The notes: generated from the sequence alone by a model not told the origin. Positions 37,849-47,204 are shown, counted from the first letter of the stretch. The stretch is 64,000 bases of DNA from an uncultured Gammaproteobacteria bacterium (GCA_964604315.1 CAZRYK010000001.1:2459-66458); one strand, 5' to 3'. Program-made: numbers and translations.

Positions 37849-39081
37849 TTATTGTACCACAGAACGGAAGCGTCCTTTAGCAAGCGTTGTGGATACACTG
37901 TCGCCCTTAGAAAGTTGAGACACATCGCGCACAACGCGGCCGTTTTCCGCCGTTGTGACGCTATACCCGCGTTCTAACACGCGCAACGGGGAAAGGGACG
38001 TTAAAAGCTCGGTTGTATGCAAAACTTTTTGCTGTTCCATGTCGAGTTTGCGTTCAAGTTTTTCATAAATGCTGGTTTCGCCTATCACGATCTCTTGGCG
38101 TTGACGTTTTAACTGTTCGGAAAAACGCGCAACCGCATGGGGAAAATCTGCCAAAATCAGACGAAGACGCTGGACCGGAAGCCGAATACGCTGTTCCATA
38201 TGATTCACGGCGTCGCGGAACCGCTCTTTTTCTATGTGCAAGCTTGTTGTAAGCGCCCGAGCTCCCCTGTCCGACAGCTGGTTCAGCACATACATGACAT
38301 CGTCATGGTGAGGAACGGCTAATTCCGCGGCATTCGATGGCGTGGCGGCACGGACGTCGGCAACATATTCCACTAAAGTTTCATCGCGCTCATGACCCAC
38401 GCCGGTTACGGTCGGCACTTTGCAGGCAAAAACCGCACGGCAAACCTCTTCGCTGTTGAACGCTTGTAAATCTTCTAAACTTCCGCCGCCGCGAGTAAGA
38501 ATCGCCGTGTCTATCATCTCGGCTTCTTGGTTTACCCATTGAACCGCGCGCAAAATTCCCGGAATTGCCTCTTTGCCTTGAACGCCCATGGGAAAGACAG
38601 AAACCTGCGCATAGGGCCAGCGATTGGCTAAAACGCGTTTGACATCGGTTAATGCCGCGGAATCTAACGACGTCAGCACCGCGACATGCTCGGGGAATTT
38701 AGGCAAAGGCCGTTTATGCGACGCATCAAAAAGGCCTTCTTTTTCCAGTTGATTTCTTAACCGTTCGTATTCTTTTTGCAGAGCGCCCACGCCGACCAGC
38801 TCGATTTTTTTGATGGCTAAATGAAATTTGCCGGATTTTTTAAACAGACTGGGGCTGGCCGTGACAACGATCTCCATACCATCTTCTAAAGCAACATCTA
38901 AGCTGAACGCCATCATAAAACAGCTGATGTAACTTGCCGTGTCTTTTAAATCAAAAAACACCAACCGGCCTTGGTTAAGATGAAAATTACTGACCTCGCC
39001 GCGAACCTTTACGGTCATATCCGCCAACATCATGCGCATGGCATCGACGAATTCGGAAACTGAATAGATGGGTTCGTCCAT
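37849..39081 (-). CDS. xseA: Exodeoxyribonuclease VII large subunit
   Basis: N-terminal OB fold, catalytic domain; 410 aa. Confidence 0.85.
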   Translation of the reverse strand: MDEPIYSVSEFVDAMRMMLADMTVKVRGEVSNFHLNQGRLVFFDLKDTASYISCFMMAFSLDVALEDGMEIVVTASPSLFKKSGKFHLAIKKIELVGVGALQKEYERLRNQLEKEGLFDASHKRPLPKFPEHVAVLTSLDSAALTDVKRVLANRWPYAQVSVFPMGVQGKEAIPGILRAVQWVNQEAEMIDTAILTRGGGSLEDLQAFNSEEVCRAVFACKVPTVTGVGHERDETLVEYVADVRAATPSNAAELAVPHHDDVMYVLNQLSDRGARALTTSLHIEKERFRDAVNHMEQRIRLPVQRLRLILADFPHAVARFSEQLKRQRQEIVIGETSIYEKLERKLDMEQQKVLHTTELLTSLSPLRVLERGYSVTTAENGRVVRDVSQLSKGDSVSTTLAKGRFRSVVQ

Positions 39082-39201
39082 AGATTTCAGCGGTCAACGA
39101 AGAGAAGAGCGCTCGGCTTGTTGCGAAGAACGGCACTCGCCGGAGGATCCAATGTGTGACGCCGTGTAACAAGTCGAGCGCTCATTGGCCGCCAAAGTAA
39201 T

Positions 39202-39768
39202 TTATCCCTTACGCCTTATTTCCAGATCGTACAAAATTTCTTCCATGCGCTTAAGATTGCGCTTGGCGTCATCGAACTTCTGCCGCAACTTGCTGGTTAA
39301 ATTCATCTCTAACATCTGCGCCACCACTTCTTCCACGGTTTTGACACTCTCCCGAACATCGGTCTGGCCGCTCGACACCATTTTGATGGTATGGCGCACA
39401 ATTTCGCCGGTCATGTCTGCTAGACCGCCAAGATATTCTTCGTAAAAGACGTTCATGCCTTTAATGGCCGTAAACGGTTTCTTTTCTATGTGACGCAAAA
39501 ACATCGTAGCTTCGACAAATTCTTCCACCGCGGCGCGATAGCTTCCCTCAAACTCCAATTTGGGGTTTTTAGCAAACGATGTTTTGAGCGATGCTAATTT
39601 TCCCTGCGCCAACGCCAAATTCTTTTTGGCCTGTTGCTTATCGCCACGATGCAGATCAAAAACCGCCCGCTTGGACAATTGCAAAGCTTCAGACGATGTG
39701 CGCACAATGCGATTGCGTTCGCGGTAATAAGTTGCGTGCTCGGTTTTGAGTTTTTGGAAAAGCGTCAT
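39202..39768 (-). CDS. All-alpha hypothetical protein, possibly Translin-family
   Basis: 188 aa; C-terminal pattern 'GGLADMTGEIVRHTIK...EEILYDLEIR'. Weak assignment. Confidence 0.35.
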   Translation of the reverse strand: MTLFQKLKTEHATYYRERNRIVRTSSEALQLSKRAVFDLHRGDKQQAKKNLALAQGKLASLKTSFAKNPKLEFEGSYRAAVEEFVEATMFLRHIEKKPFTAIKGMNVFYEEYLGGLADMTGEIVRHTIKMVSSGQTDVRESVKTVEEVVAQMLEMNLTSKLRQKFDDAKRNLKRMEEILYDLEIRRKG

Positions 39769-39806
39769 ATCTGTACTATAGCGGCTTCACGCTCAAAACG
39801 CAATGG

Positions 39807-41252
39807 TTATTGCGACGCCTTTTGAAAGACTTCTCTACCGATTTTTAAGAGCTCGGACGCGCGGGCAGGGTCTTGACTTTCGGCAAAAATGCGAAACACC
39901 CCGGCTTCGGTTTTCGACGCGCGATACCAGATAAATTCCCCTGCTTTTGGCAGAATTTTTAACCCACCCGTGGCATCGCCTGTTGTCTGAATGGCAAATC
40001 CTTGAGCGCGAAATGTCTCTTCGATTTTTTGGCGCACCTGCATCTGTTTTTCTGCCACACATTGCAATTTGTCGCGCAGAGTTGTGTAAGATGGAAAGGT
40101 TAAAAGAATATCGGAAAGGCTTTTGTTTTGCCGCACCATGCTACGCAAGATCATGGCCATCGTCAATATGCCATCGCGGCATTTGCTGGGGGGAAAAATG
40201 CCGCCCGACGACGAACCTTCGCCGCCAACCGGGCTGTTGTTTTTTTCCATGGCCTCGACCACATTGATTTCCCCGACCTCGACCTCTTGCACGGTCGCGC
40301 CATAACGATTGGCCACATCGGAAACCACGTTGGATGTTGCATCGTTTACTGCCACGGTTTGAGAAGAGGGGTTGGGGTGCGTTGCCAAGACTTCATCAAC
40401 TAAAAGCGCAAGAATATATTGTCCGGAGATCATAGCGCTGTTCTTTTGCGCGTAGGCTGATTGCGAAGGGACAACTAACTCCACACGATCGGCGTCGCAA
40501 TCGAACGCAAAACCCGCGTCAGCGTTCAGCGCGTCGGTTTTTTGAGCCAACGCGGTTAAGACTTCGGGTTTGGGTTCAATTAAACGTTCAAAATGTCCGA
40601 GCGTTCCATGGATGGTTGCGGCTTTCAGCCCAAAAGTTTCTACAAAATCGTTAAGATAATGCGTTGCCGACCCGCCGTTGGGGTCTAACACCACCGAGAC
40701 GTGGGTTTTGCGAATCGCACTGACCGCGCCATCACCCACAATACGCGCAATTTCGTGAATATAGGCCTTTCTGCACTCTTCTGCCCGATCTTCTCTTTTC
40801 GCCTTTAACAAGTTCCGAACCTGTACAAGTTCCGAACCTGCATGAAAGTTGGCGATCATTTTGTCGGCCAAAGCCGGGCGCAACATACCGCCATCCGGGC
40901 CTAAAAATTTTAGACCATTAAATTCCGGTTCCGTGTGCGAGCCAGTAATAATGCAACCGCCGGAAGCCTGAAAATGCCGAACCGCAAACTGCACCGCCGG
41001 CGTTGGTGCAATCCCCACATCGATAATCGTTTTCCAGCCAGCTTGCTTTAGGCCTTCAGCGACCGCCTCTTTTAAAACATCGTGGCTCGGCCGCGAGTCC
41101 CCGCCCACAACCAATGTGTCAAACACCGAGTGTTTGACAAAGGTTTTCATAAGCTTTCCATACACCAAACCATACTTCCGGCACAAATCCGGTGTCATGG
41201 ATTGTTGCGCATTCCCACGAATGCCGGAAAAACTTTCGACCAAATCTTCCAT
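39807..41252 (-). CDS. Phosphohexomutase family protein (GlmM/PMM-like) with non-canonical active-site motif
   Basis: Four-domain architecture; catalytic-Ser loop reads 'TGSHTEPEFNG' instead of 'ASHNPPE'. Confidence 0.7.
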   Translation of the reverse strand: MEDLVESFSGIRGNAQQSMTPDLCRKYGLVYGKLMKTFVKHSVFDTLVVGGDSRPSHDVLKEAVAEGLKQAGWKTIIDVGIAPTPAVQFAVRHFQASGGCIITGSHTEPEFNGLKFLGPDGGMLRPALADKMIANFHAGSELVQVRNLLKAKREDRAEECRKAYIHEIARIVGDGAVSAIRKTHVSVVLDPNGGSATHYLNDFVETFGLKAATIHGTLGHFERLIEPKPEVLTALAQKTDALNADAGFAFDCDADRVELVVPSQSAYAQKNSAMISGQYILALLVDEVLATHPNPSSQTVAVNDATSNVVSDVANRYGATVQEVEVGEINVVEAMEKNNSPVGGEGSSSGGIFPPSKCRDGILTMAMILRSMVRQNKSLSDILLTFPSYTTLRDKLQCVAEKQMQVRQKIEETFRAQGFAIQTTGDATGGLKILPKAGEFIWYRASKTEAGVFRIFAESQDPARASELLKIGREVFQKASQ

Positions 41253-41385
41253 AATATTCTCCTGTAAGGAGTAAGCGGTAAGTAATAAATAAACCAGAGC
41301 AACCAGCTTGCCGTTAAGGAGTCACTCGGCGGAGCAATCCAATGCCAAGACGTCCGAACGGCAAGCTGGTCGCTCTTTCGCCATT

Positions 41386-42108
41386 CTACAATTCTCCCAA
41401 CTTTTTAAAATGCTCGCTCATGGTGACCACATCTTCGGGACGGCCAAAATCGTACCAATAATCTTTGAGCTTCACCACTTTCACTTTTTTCTTTTCCGCA
41501 AGCGCCGTTACCGCATCGGTGAGTTCATATTCCCCGCGCGCCGAGGGTTGCACTTTTTTACATTCCCCAAAAATCTCTGGCGTAAACTTATACAAACCGG
41601 TATTTACCAAATTCGATTCGGGATTTTTGGGTTTTTCCACAATTTTTTCCAAAACCCCGCCGGCATTCTCGTAAATCACGCCATAATCTTCGGGGTGATC
41701 CGATTGCATGGCGCCAATATAGTGAAATTTATCGTCAATGCGCATCCGGGCTAAATCGTCCACGCTAAAAACGCCGTCAGAATTCACCACACAAAATTGA
41801 TCGTCGCCAATAAATTCTTCGCACGCCAAAATCGGCAACGCGGTACCCAATTTGTCTTCCCCTGAAAAACTAAATTGATTCACAATGGTTGCCTGAAAAT
41901 CAAATCGCTTCACAAAATCTTCCATTTGTTCTTTAAAGTGACCGACAACCAAAATAATATGATCAAACCCCGCTTTTTCAAAAAGCTTCATTTGGTAATA
42001 CAAAAACGGTTTGCCATTCACCTCGATTAAGGGTTTTGGCGTTTTTTTAGTTAAATGCTTCATTCTTGTGCCTTTGCCAGCGGCCGGAACAACGACTTTA
42101 GAGATCAT
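41386..42108 (-). CDS. Sugar-phosphate nucleotidyltransferase (NDP-sugar pyrophosphorylase)
   Basis: 'VVPAAGKGTRMKHLTKKTPKPL'. Confidence 0.8.
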   Translation of the reverse strand: MISKVVVPAAGKGTRMKHLTKKTPKPLIEVNGKPFLYYQMKLFEKAGFDHIILVVGHFKEQMEDFVKRFDFQATIVNQFSFSGEDKLGTALPILACEEFIGDDQFCVVNSDGVFSVDDLARMRIDDKFHYIGAMQSDHPEDYGVIYENAGGVLEKIVEKPKNPESNLVNTGLYKFTPEIFGECKKVQPSARGEYELTDAVTALAEKKKVKVVKLKDYWYDFGRPEDVVTMSEHFKKLGEL

Positions 42109-42169
42109 AATTTGGAATTAAAAATAAGCCTCCGCTATATTTCAAGATTAGCATATCGCGGCCAAAAAT

Positions 42170-43150
42170 TCAAGATCGTTTTAATGCGCGAAAAAGCCGG
42201 TATTTTTTCTCGTTCAAGGGAATTTCCTTGGTGTGTTCAAACGTGATCGTACGCCCACCAAACCCTTCTTTGAACTGCGTAATGCCTGCCCAAGTTCTTT
42301 CTTGTGCAGAAGTTCCGGCAACACCAAAAAAATCATAGTTTTGCGCGCCGTGTTTTTTGGCATCGCACATCGCTTGCCATTGCAAGGCGTACGACGCTCT
42401 TATAGTCCTTCCTCGCTCCGATGACGCACCATGAAGATAATATGCGGTTCCGGCAAAAAGAACAAAAATCCCCACAGAATATGTTATGTTGTCGCGACAA
42501 GCCTCGTAGATCCAAAAGCGTTTTGTGTCAGACAATACCTTTTCCATGTGACGATAATACTTATCCGGATGCGCTTTGATGCCTTGGCGCTTGCTGGTCT
42601 CGTGCAAAAGTTTTAAAAAATGTTTTAACGGTTTTCGTCCGGTATGCGCTTTAATTTCTATTCTATAGCGCGTTGCAAGGCGAATGTTATAGCGCGTTTT
42701 GGATTTCATTTGCGCTAACAGTTCTTCTTCGGTCTGCGAAAGATCGACCATGCGCGTTGCCCATGGTTGCATCATGGGACCGGGTTGTGCGCTCGGATGA
42801 TTCCAAACATCGATAGGATCGTAACGCACAAAAAGCGCTTTGCGAAGATGTGCAGCGTCTTTAAGGTATTGCACAAACGTCTGCATGACATCTTCACGCG
42901 AAACGTCTTGCGCGATTTGTAACGGCCCGCGCGGACAATAAATATACCGTTGCCAAAAACGCCCGGGCATCTGAATACCTTGAACAATAGCCACGGTTTT
43001 CCCTTCCACAACAAAAGCAAGCCGGAAGACTTTACGTTTTAAGGATAGCTGAAACTGCCCCCAAGCCCAGGATTGTAAAAACGTCGGGTGCGGGCTTTTT
43101 TGCACCGCATCGTCCCATGTTTTTTCGTCTGTGATGTGTTCAACAATCAT
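42170..43150 (-). CDS. FemAB-family / GNAT-fold peptidoglycan peptide-bridge transferase-like protein
   Basis: 326 aa; 'FLQSWAWGQFQ' FemAB-like N-terminus; stop overlaps the ruvA start. Confidence 0.5.
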   Translation of the reverse strand: MIVEHITDEKTWDDAVQKSPHPTFLQSWAWGQFQLSLKRKVFRLAFVVEGKTVAIVQGIQMPGRFWQRYIYCPRGPLQIAQDVSREDVMQTFVQYLKDAAHLRKALFVRYDPIDVWNHPSAQPGPMMQPWATRMVDLSQTEEELLAQMKSKTRYNIRLATRYRIEIKAHTGRKPLKHFLKLLHETSKRQGIKAHPDKYYRHMEKVLSDTKRFWIYEACRDNITYSVGIFVLFAGTAYYLHGASSERGRTIRASYALQWQAMCDAKKHGAQNYDFFGVAGTSAQERTWAGITQFKEGFGGRTITFEHTKEIPLNEKKYRLFRALKRS

Positions 43151-43698
43151 CGGGAAAGTTTTTGCAAAGCCGATTTAATTTGTTCTTCTAAAGGAAGGTT
43201 GGTAGGAAGCGTTTGCACAACCTCTCGAATTTCGCGCGCCTTATACCCCAAGGCTTCCAAGGCTTGCGCGGTTTCGTTTTGCGGAACAAAGGCCGTACCG
43301 CTCGAGACTTTTTCTTTGAGCTCGATGGTAATGCGTTCTGCCGTGCGTTTGCCAATGCCCGGCACGTCGGTTAAGAACGCAATGTCTTGATCGTTGATCG
43401 CGGCAATAATTTGTTCTGCGGTGTTCATGCCAAACATGGCCAACGCGGTTTTAGGCCCCACGCCAGAAACGGACAAGAGTTCTTTAAACAACGCGCGATC
43501 GTCCCAATTTTCAAAACCATAAAGCGCGTTAATGCCTTCGCGGATGTCATGGTAAATGACCATGTCAATGACGTCGCCGATTTTCGGTTTGGTAAGAAGC
43601 GACAGCGGCACATGCACTTCATAACCAATGCCACTGACTTGAATCACAAGCGCATTGGCGGATTTCTGAAGAAGAGTTCCGTGAAGATGGCCGATCAT
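43147..43698 (-). CDS. ruvA: Holliday junction DNA helicase RuvA
   Basis: 'MIGHLHGTLLQKSANALVIQVSGIGYEVHV', HhH motifs. Start set at ATG 43696-43698; the longer GTG-initiated track ORF runs into the MITE-like repeat. Confidence 0.85.
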   Translation of the reverse strand: MIGHLHGTLLQKSANALVIQVSGIGYEVHVPLSLLTKPKIGDVIDMVIYHDIREGINALYGFENWDDRALFKELLSVSGVGPKTALAMFGMNTAEQIIAAINDQDIAFLTDVPGIGKRTAERITIELKEKVSSGTAFVPQNETAQALEALGYKAREIREVVQTLPTNLPLEEQIKSALQKLSR

Positions 43699-43737
43699 AT
43701 GCTCGTATCGTATCAAAATTCCTCTCTTTGGCAAAGT

Positions 43738-43920
43738 TATAGACCTCACATTATGAAATAGGACTTAGAAATACAAAAACAAGATGAGATGCGACGGGTT
43801 GGAGCAAGAAAAAAGAGGAAGTGTAGCCATAGCTACATTGAGTGTTTTTTCTTGGGAAACCCGAGCAGATCGCTTGCTTTTTGTATTTATGGAGTACTCT
43901 TTCATAGGGTGAGGTCTATA
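43738..43920. mobile_element. MITE-like near-palindromic element with about 45-bp imperfect terminal inverted repeats, flanked by TA
   Basis: TATAGACCTCACATTATGAAATAGGACTTAGAAATACAAAAACAAG ... CTTGCTTTTTGTATTTATGGAGTACTCTTTCATAGGGTGAGGTCTATA. Central palindrome TGTAGCCATAGCTACA. A second copy starts at 63895. Confidence 0.5.
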
Positions 43921-43956
43921 CCTTGGCAAGAGCTAAGCTCTTGCCAAAATCAAAAT

Positions 43957-43977
43957 GTTCGAAACTCGGTTTCGAAC
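43957..43977. repeat. Conserved hairpin GTTCGAAA-CTCGG-TTTCGAAC (family of three)
   Basis: Same stem and loop at 63334-63362 and 63816-63836; preceded here by the perfect hairpin TTGGCAAGAGC-TAA-GCTCTTGCCAA at 43923-43947. Confidence 0.45.
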
Positions 43978-43990
43978 AACAAAAAAACAG

Positions 43991-44665
43991 TCCCGTGTGA
44001 GGGGGGGGTGGGTGGAGCGACCGTCGTCGCGGGTTTGGTCGGAATTGGCATATCCGAATCCATTGCGCGCCATGTGCCGGCGCTCCACCCGTTTCTCGAC
44101 GAGACCCTTCCTTTTGAGGGATCGATCGCGCCGTAGGATAGGCGCTTTCGACCCCAAGGGGGTCTCGTTCGTTCGCTGGGAGCCGTCGGCTCCCAAATCC
44201 CATAGTCGCCGCGGAGGGACAAAGTCATTCCGGTATGGAAACCGGAACTCCTCCGGGCAACGGTTTGCCGGTGAAAACCGGCAGGGGACTCTCGGGCGCC
44301 CAGCGAAACTGGCCGTATATTAAACCGACGGCAAAAATCTGTCAAGTAAAAAACATGTCCAACACCTTGGTGTTGGACAATAAGCAATTTCATCAAAAGG
44401 GAAGGTGGGTGGGGGTGTGTCCTGTCGTCGGCTCCGGCGCCACCGTAATAGCGCGCGACATTTGCGCACCCCCACCCTTCCTCTCGACCCTGGAACCAGT
44501 TTCCCGAGCGGTCTCGGGGAACTGTGGCGCATCCAAGGCCGTGGTTTCGCGAGCCTAAACCCCGGCAGGGGGCTGACACGAGGCCAGGCATCAACGAAAC
44601 CGACTCTATCCTATGCTCACCTTGCCTTCCCGTCAAGCCCTTACTTGAAGAATCCCAAGCCGCAG
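43991..44665. other. 675-bp GC-rich (about 62%) non-coding block with dense nested helices; unclassified structured RNA or foreign insert
   Basis: All ORFs on both strands are overlapping, Arg/Trp/Gly-rich and low-complexity. Perfect local helices include GGGTGGAGCG/CGCTCCACCC, GGGAGCC-GTC-GGCTCCC, CCGG-TGAAAA-CCGG, GTCCAACACC/GGTGTTGGAC and GGAAGGTGGGTGGGGGTG/CACCCCCACCCTTCC. Confidence 0.35.
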
Positions 44666-44679
44666 GATAGTATAGGAGA

Positions 44680-46677
44680 ATGTCATTATTTAAACTTCGG
44701 TCTCCTTATAAACCCACGGGTGATCAGCCGCAAGCCATTAAAAAACTTGTTGGCGGGATTGAAAAAGGCTACCGCGACCAAACGCTTTTAGGAATAACGG
44801 GTAGTGGAAAAACATTTTCAATGGCTTCCGTGATTGCTAAAGTGCAAAAACCCACGCTGGTGATTTCGCATAACAAAACGTTGGCCGCGCAACTGGCAAG
44901 CGAGTTCCGCGATTTCTTCCCAAAAAACGCGGTGCATTATTTTGTCTCGTACTACGATTACTACCAACCCGAAAGTTATCTTCCGCAATCCGACACCTAC
45001 ATTGAAAAAGAAACGCAACTCAATGAAGAAATCGATCGCCTGCGCCATGCCTCAACGCAAGCCTTACTGTCGCGCAACGATGTGATTATTGTTGCTTCGG
45101 TCAGTTGTATTTACGGCTTAGGCAACCCTGTGGAATACAAAGCCATGGCAAAAACCGTTGCGCGCGGAGAGCATATTAAACGTTCCACACTTTTGCATGA
45201 CTTAGTAAAAATGCAATATGCGCGCAATGCCGTGGATTTTCGCCGCGGCACCTTCCGCGTTAAAGGCGAGGTGGTAGAAATTTACCCCACGGCGTCAGAC
45301 CAACGCATTATGCGTTTGCAATTCTTTGGCGACGAGCTGGAAAAAATTTCTGAACACGATCACCTCACCGGCAATCGGATAACCGATTTAGAACGCGTCG
45401 ATATTTACCCGGCCAAACACTATGTGACGGAATCTCAACGGTTTAAAGAAATCAAGACAGAAATTCTTCACGATCTGGAACAGCAGATCGCAAATTTCCA
45501 GAAGGCGCATTTGCTTGTGGAAGCACAAAGGCTCGAACAGCGCGTGCGCTTTGACCTTGAAATGTTGGAACAAACCGGCTATGTGAACGGCATTGAAAAT
45601 TATTCACGCTATTTTGATGGCCGCAAACCCGGCACTCCGCCCTATACCTTAATCGATTTCTACCCGAAAGATTTTCTCATGTTCATCGATGAATCGCATA
45701 TCACCATTCCGCAAATCGGCGGCATGTATGAAGGCGACAAAAGCCGCAAGAAAAATTTGGTGCAATACGGGTTTCGGCTTCCGGCGGCCTACGACAACCG
45801 CCCGCTGAATTTTACCGAATTCACGTCCAAGGTGCATCAAGTGATTTATGTTTCCGCAACACCAAAACCGTACGAAATCTCACGCTCCAAAGTCGTTGCC
45901 GAACAAATTATTCGTCCAACCGGTTTATTGGACCCAGAAATTTTTATTCGCCCCACGCGCAATCAGGTCGATGATTTATTGGCCGAAGTTCAACAGCGCA
46001 CAAAAAAACACCAGCGCGTGTTAGTGACCACGCTCACCAAACGCATGGCCGAAGAGTTGACGGAATATTTACAAAGCCTCAACATCAAAGTGCAGTATTT
46101 GCATTCCGAGGTGGACACCATGGAACGGTTGGAAATTTTGCGCGACTTGCGTTTGGGCGTGTACGATGTCGTTGTGGGCATCAATTTATTGCGCGAGGGC
46201 TTAGATTTACCCGAAGTGTCGTTGGTGGCGATTTTGGACGCGGACAAGGAAGGATTTTTGCGCAGTGAAACCTCGCTCGTGCAAACTATTGGCCGGGCCG
46301 CGCGTCATGTGGAGGGCACCGTCATCATGTACGCCGACAAAATCACCGATTCCATGCAAGCCGCCATTTCGGAAACCGAGCGGCGACGTAAACTGCAACA
46401 AGCGTATAATCGCACGCACGGCATTACGCCGCAAACCATTGTGAAAACGATTCGCGAAGATCGGTTAAGCGGCAAAAAAGAAGAAGACCAGAAAGCCGAA
46501 GAAACAAACGCCGCAGTGAAACATGTAAGCGACTATTCCAAAGAAGAGTTCGCCGCCGTATTGCGCGAGCTGGAGGAACAAATGATTCTGCATGCGCGCA
46601 ATATGGAATTTGAACAAGCCGCCGAACTGCGTGATAAGATGATGGCGTTTAAGAACGCGCGAAAGAAAAACGTATGA
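44680..46677 (+). CDS. uvrB: Excinuclease ABC subunit B
   Basis: 'GITGSGKTF', helicase motifs, C-terminal UVR domain; 665 aa; RBS AGGAGA. Confidence 0.95.
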   Translation: MSLFKLRSPYKPTGDQPQAIKKLVGGIEKGYRDQTLLGITGSGKTFSMASVIAKVQKPTLVISHNKTLAAQLASEFRDFFPKNAVHYFVSYYDYYQPESYLPQSDTYIEKETQLNEEIDRLRHASTQALLSRNDVIIVASVSCIYGLGNPVEYKAMAKTVARGEHIKRSTLLHDLVKMQYARNAVDFRRGTFRVKGEVVEIYPTASDQRIMRLQFFGDELEKISEHDHLTGNRITDLERVDIYPAKHYVTESQRFKEIKTEILHDLEQQIANFQKAHLLVEAQRLEQRVRFDLEMLEQTGYVNGIENYSRYFDGRKPGTPPYTLIDFYPKDFLMFIDESHITIPQIGGMYEGDKSRKKNLVQYGFRLPAAYDNRPLNFTEFTSKVHQVIYVSATPKPYEISRSKVVAEQIIRPTGLLDPEIFIRPTRNQVDDLLAEVQQRTKKHQRVLVTTLTKRMAEELTEYLQSLNIKVQYLHSEVDTMERLEILRDLRLGVYDVVVGINLLREGLDLPEVSLVAILDADKEGFLRSETSLVQTIGRAARHVEGTVIMYADKITDSMQAAISETERRRKLQQAYNRTHGITPQTIVKTIREDRLSGKKEEDQKAEETNAAVKHVSDYSKEEFAAVLRELEEQMILHARNMEFEQAAELRDKMMAFKNARKKNV

Positions 46678-47126
46678 AACGCAACAAGCGCACAAAAACA
46701 TTATGCTTTGGCACGTTTGATTTTTTTCACGAAGGACATCAAGATTTGTTTCGCCAAGCACGACTACACGGCACACACTTAACCGTGGTTGTTGCGCGCG
46801 ATGTGAACGTCCGCCGGTATAAGCACTGCGAGCCCACGCATAACGAAACCCATCGCTTAAAAACGGTGCAAGCCTCGCCTTTAGTAGACCGCGCGATTTT
46901 AGGCTATGTCCGCGACCCCTACCGTGTGATAGAGGTTATTGCGCCCGACGTGATTTGTTTGGGGTATGATCAAAATATTTTTGTTGGCGGCTTAAAAAAA
47001 GCCTTGCGCGAACGCGGGCTAAAACCGCGCATTGTTCGGCTTTCTCCGTTTAAACCCCATCTATACAAATCCTCCATTATTCATAAACGCCAGGTATCAC
47101 GCATTGTTAGGGGGCGGTCATTGTGA
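46674..47126 (+). CDS. Cytidylyl/adenylyltransferase-like nucleotidyltransferase ((H/T)xGH family)
   Basis: 'CFGTFDFFHEGH'; start overlaps the uvrB stop. Confidence 0.65.
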   Translation: MKRNKRTKTLCFGTFDFFHEGHQDLFRQARLHGTHLTVVVARDVNVRRYKHCEPTHNETHRLKTVQASPLVDRAILGYVRDPYRVIEVIAPDVICLGYDQNIFVGGLKKALRERGLKPRIVRLSPFKPHLYKSSIIHKRQVSRIVRGRSL

Positions 47127-47204
47127 TACTATTCAGACAACTATAAAGTCGAATCTTACGGAATCTAAGTTTTATTTAAAATGGTAACCTTATATTAAGA
47201 TCAC

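Noticed and set aside
43147-43749. Longer RuvA ORF starting at GTG 43749
   Set aside because: The extension (MRSITLPKRGILIRYEH) is translated from the MITE-like terminal repeat. The canonical RuvA N-terminus MIGHLHG begins at ATG 43698.
43950-44636. 228-aa minus-strand ORF, and overlapping plus-strand ORFs of 107-128 aa, covering the GC-rich block
   Set aside because: Arg/Trp/Gly/Pro-rich low-complexity translations. Multiple overlapping frames are open, as expected for GC-rich non-coding DNA. No start/RBS context and no motif.
43991-44665. RNase P RNA, tmRNA, SRP RNA or cobalamin riboswitch identity for the GC-rich block
   Set aside because: On either strand I could not find the P4/CR-V strings (GGAAAGUCCGGGC, ACAGAANCCGGCUUA), a 3' T-arm plus ACCA, the SRP helix-8 AGCAGC motif, or a B12 box. 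I leave it unclassified rather than naming it.
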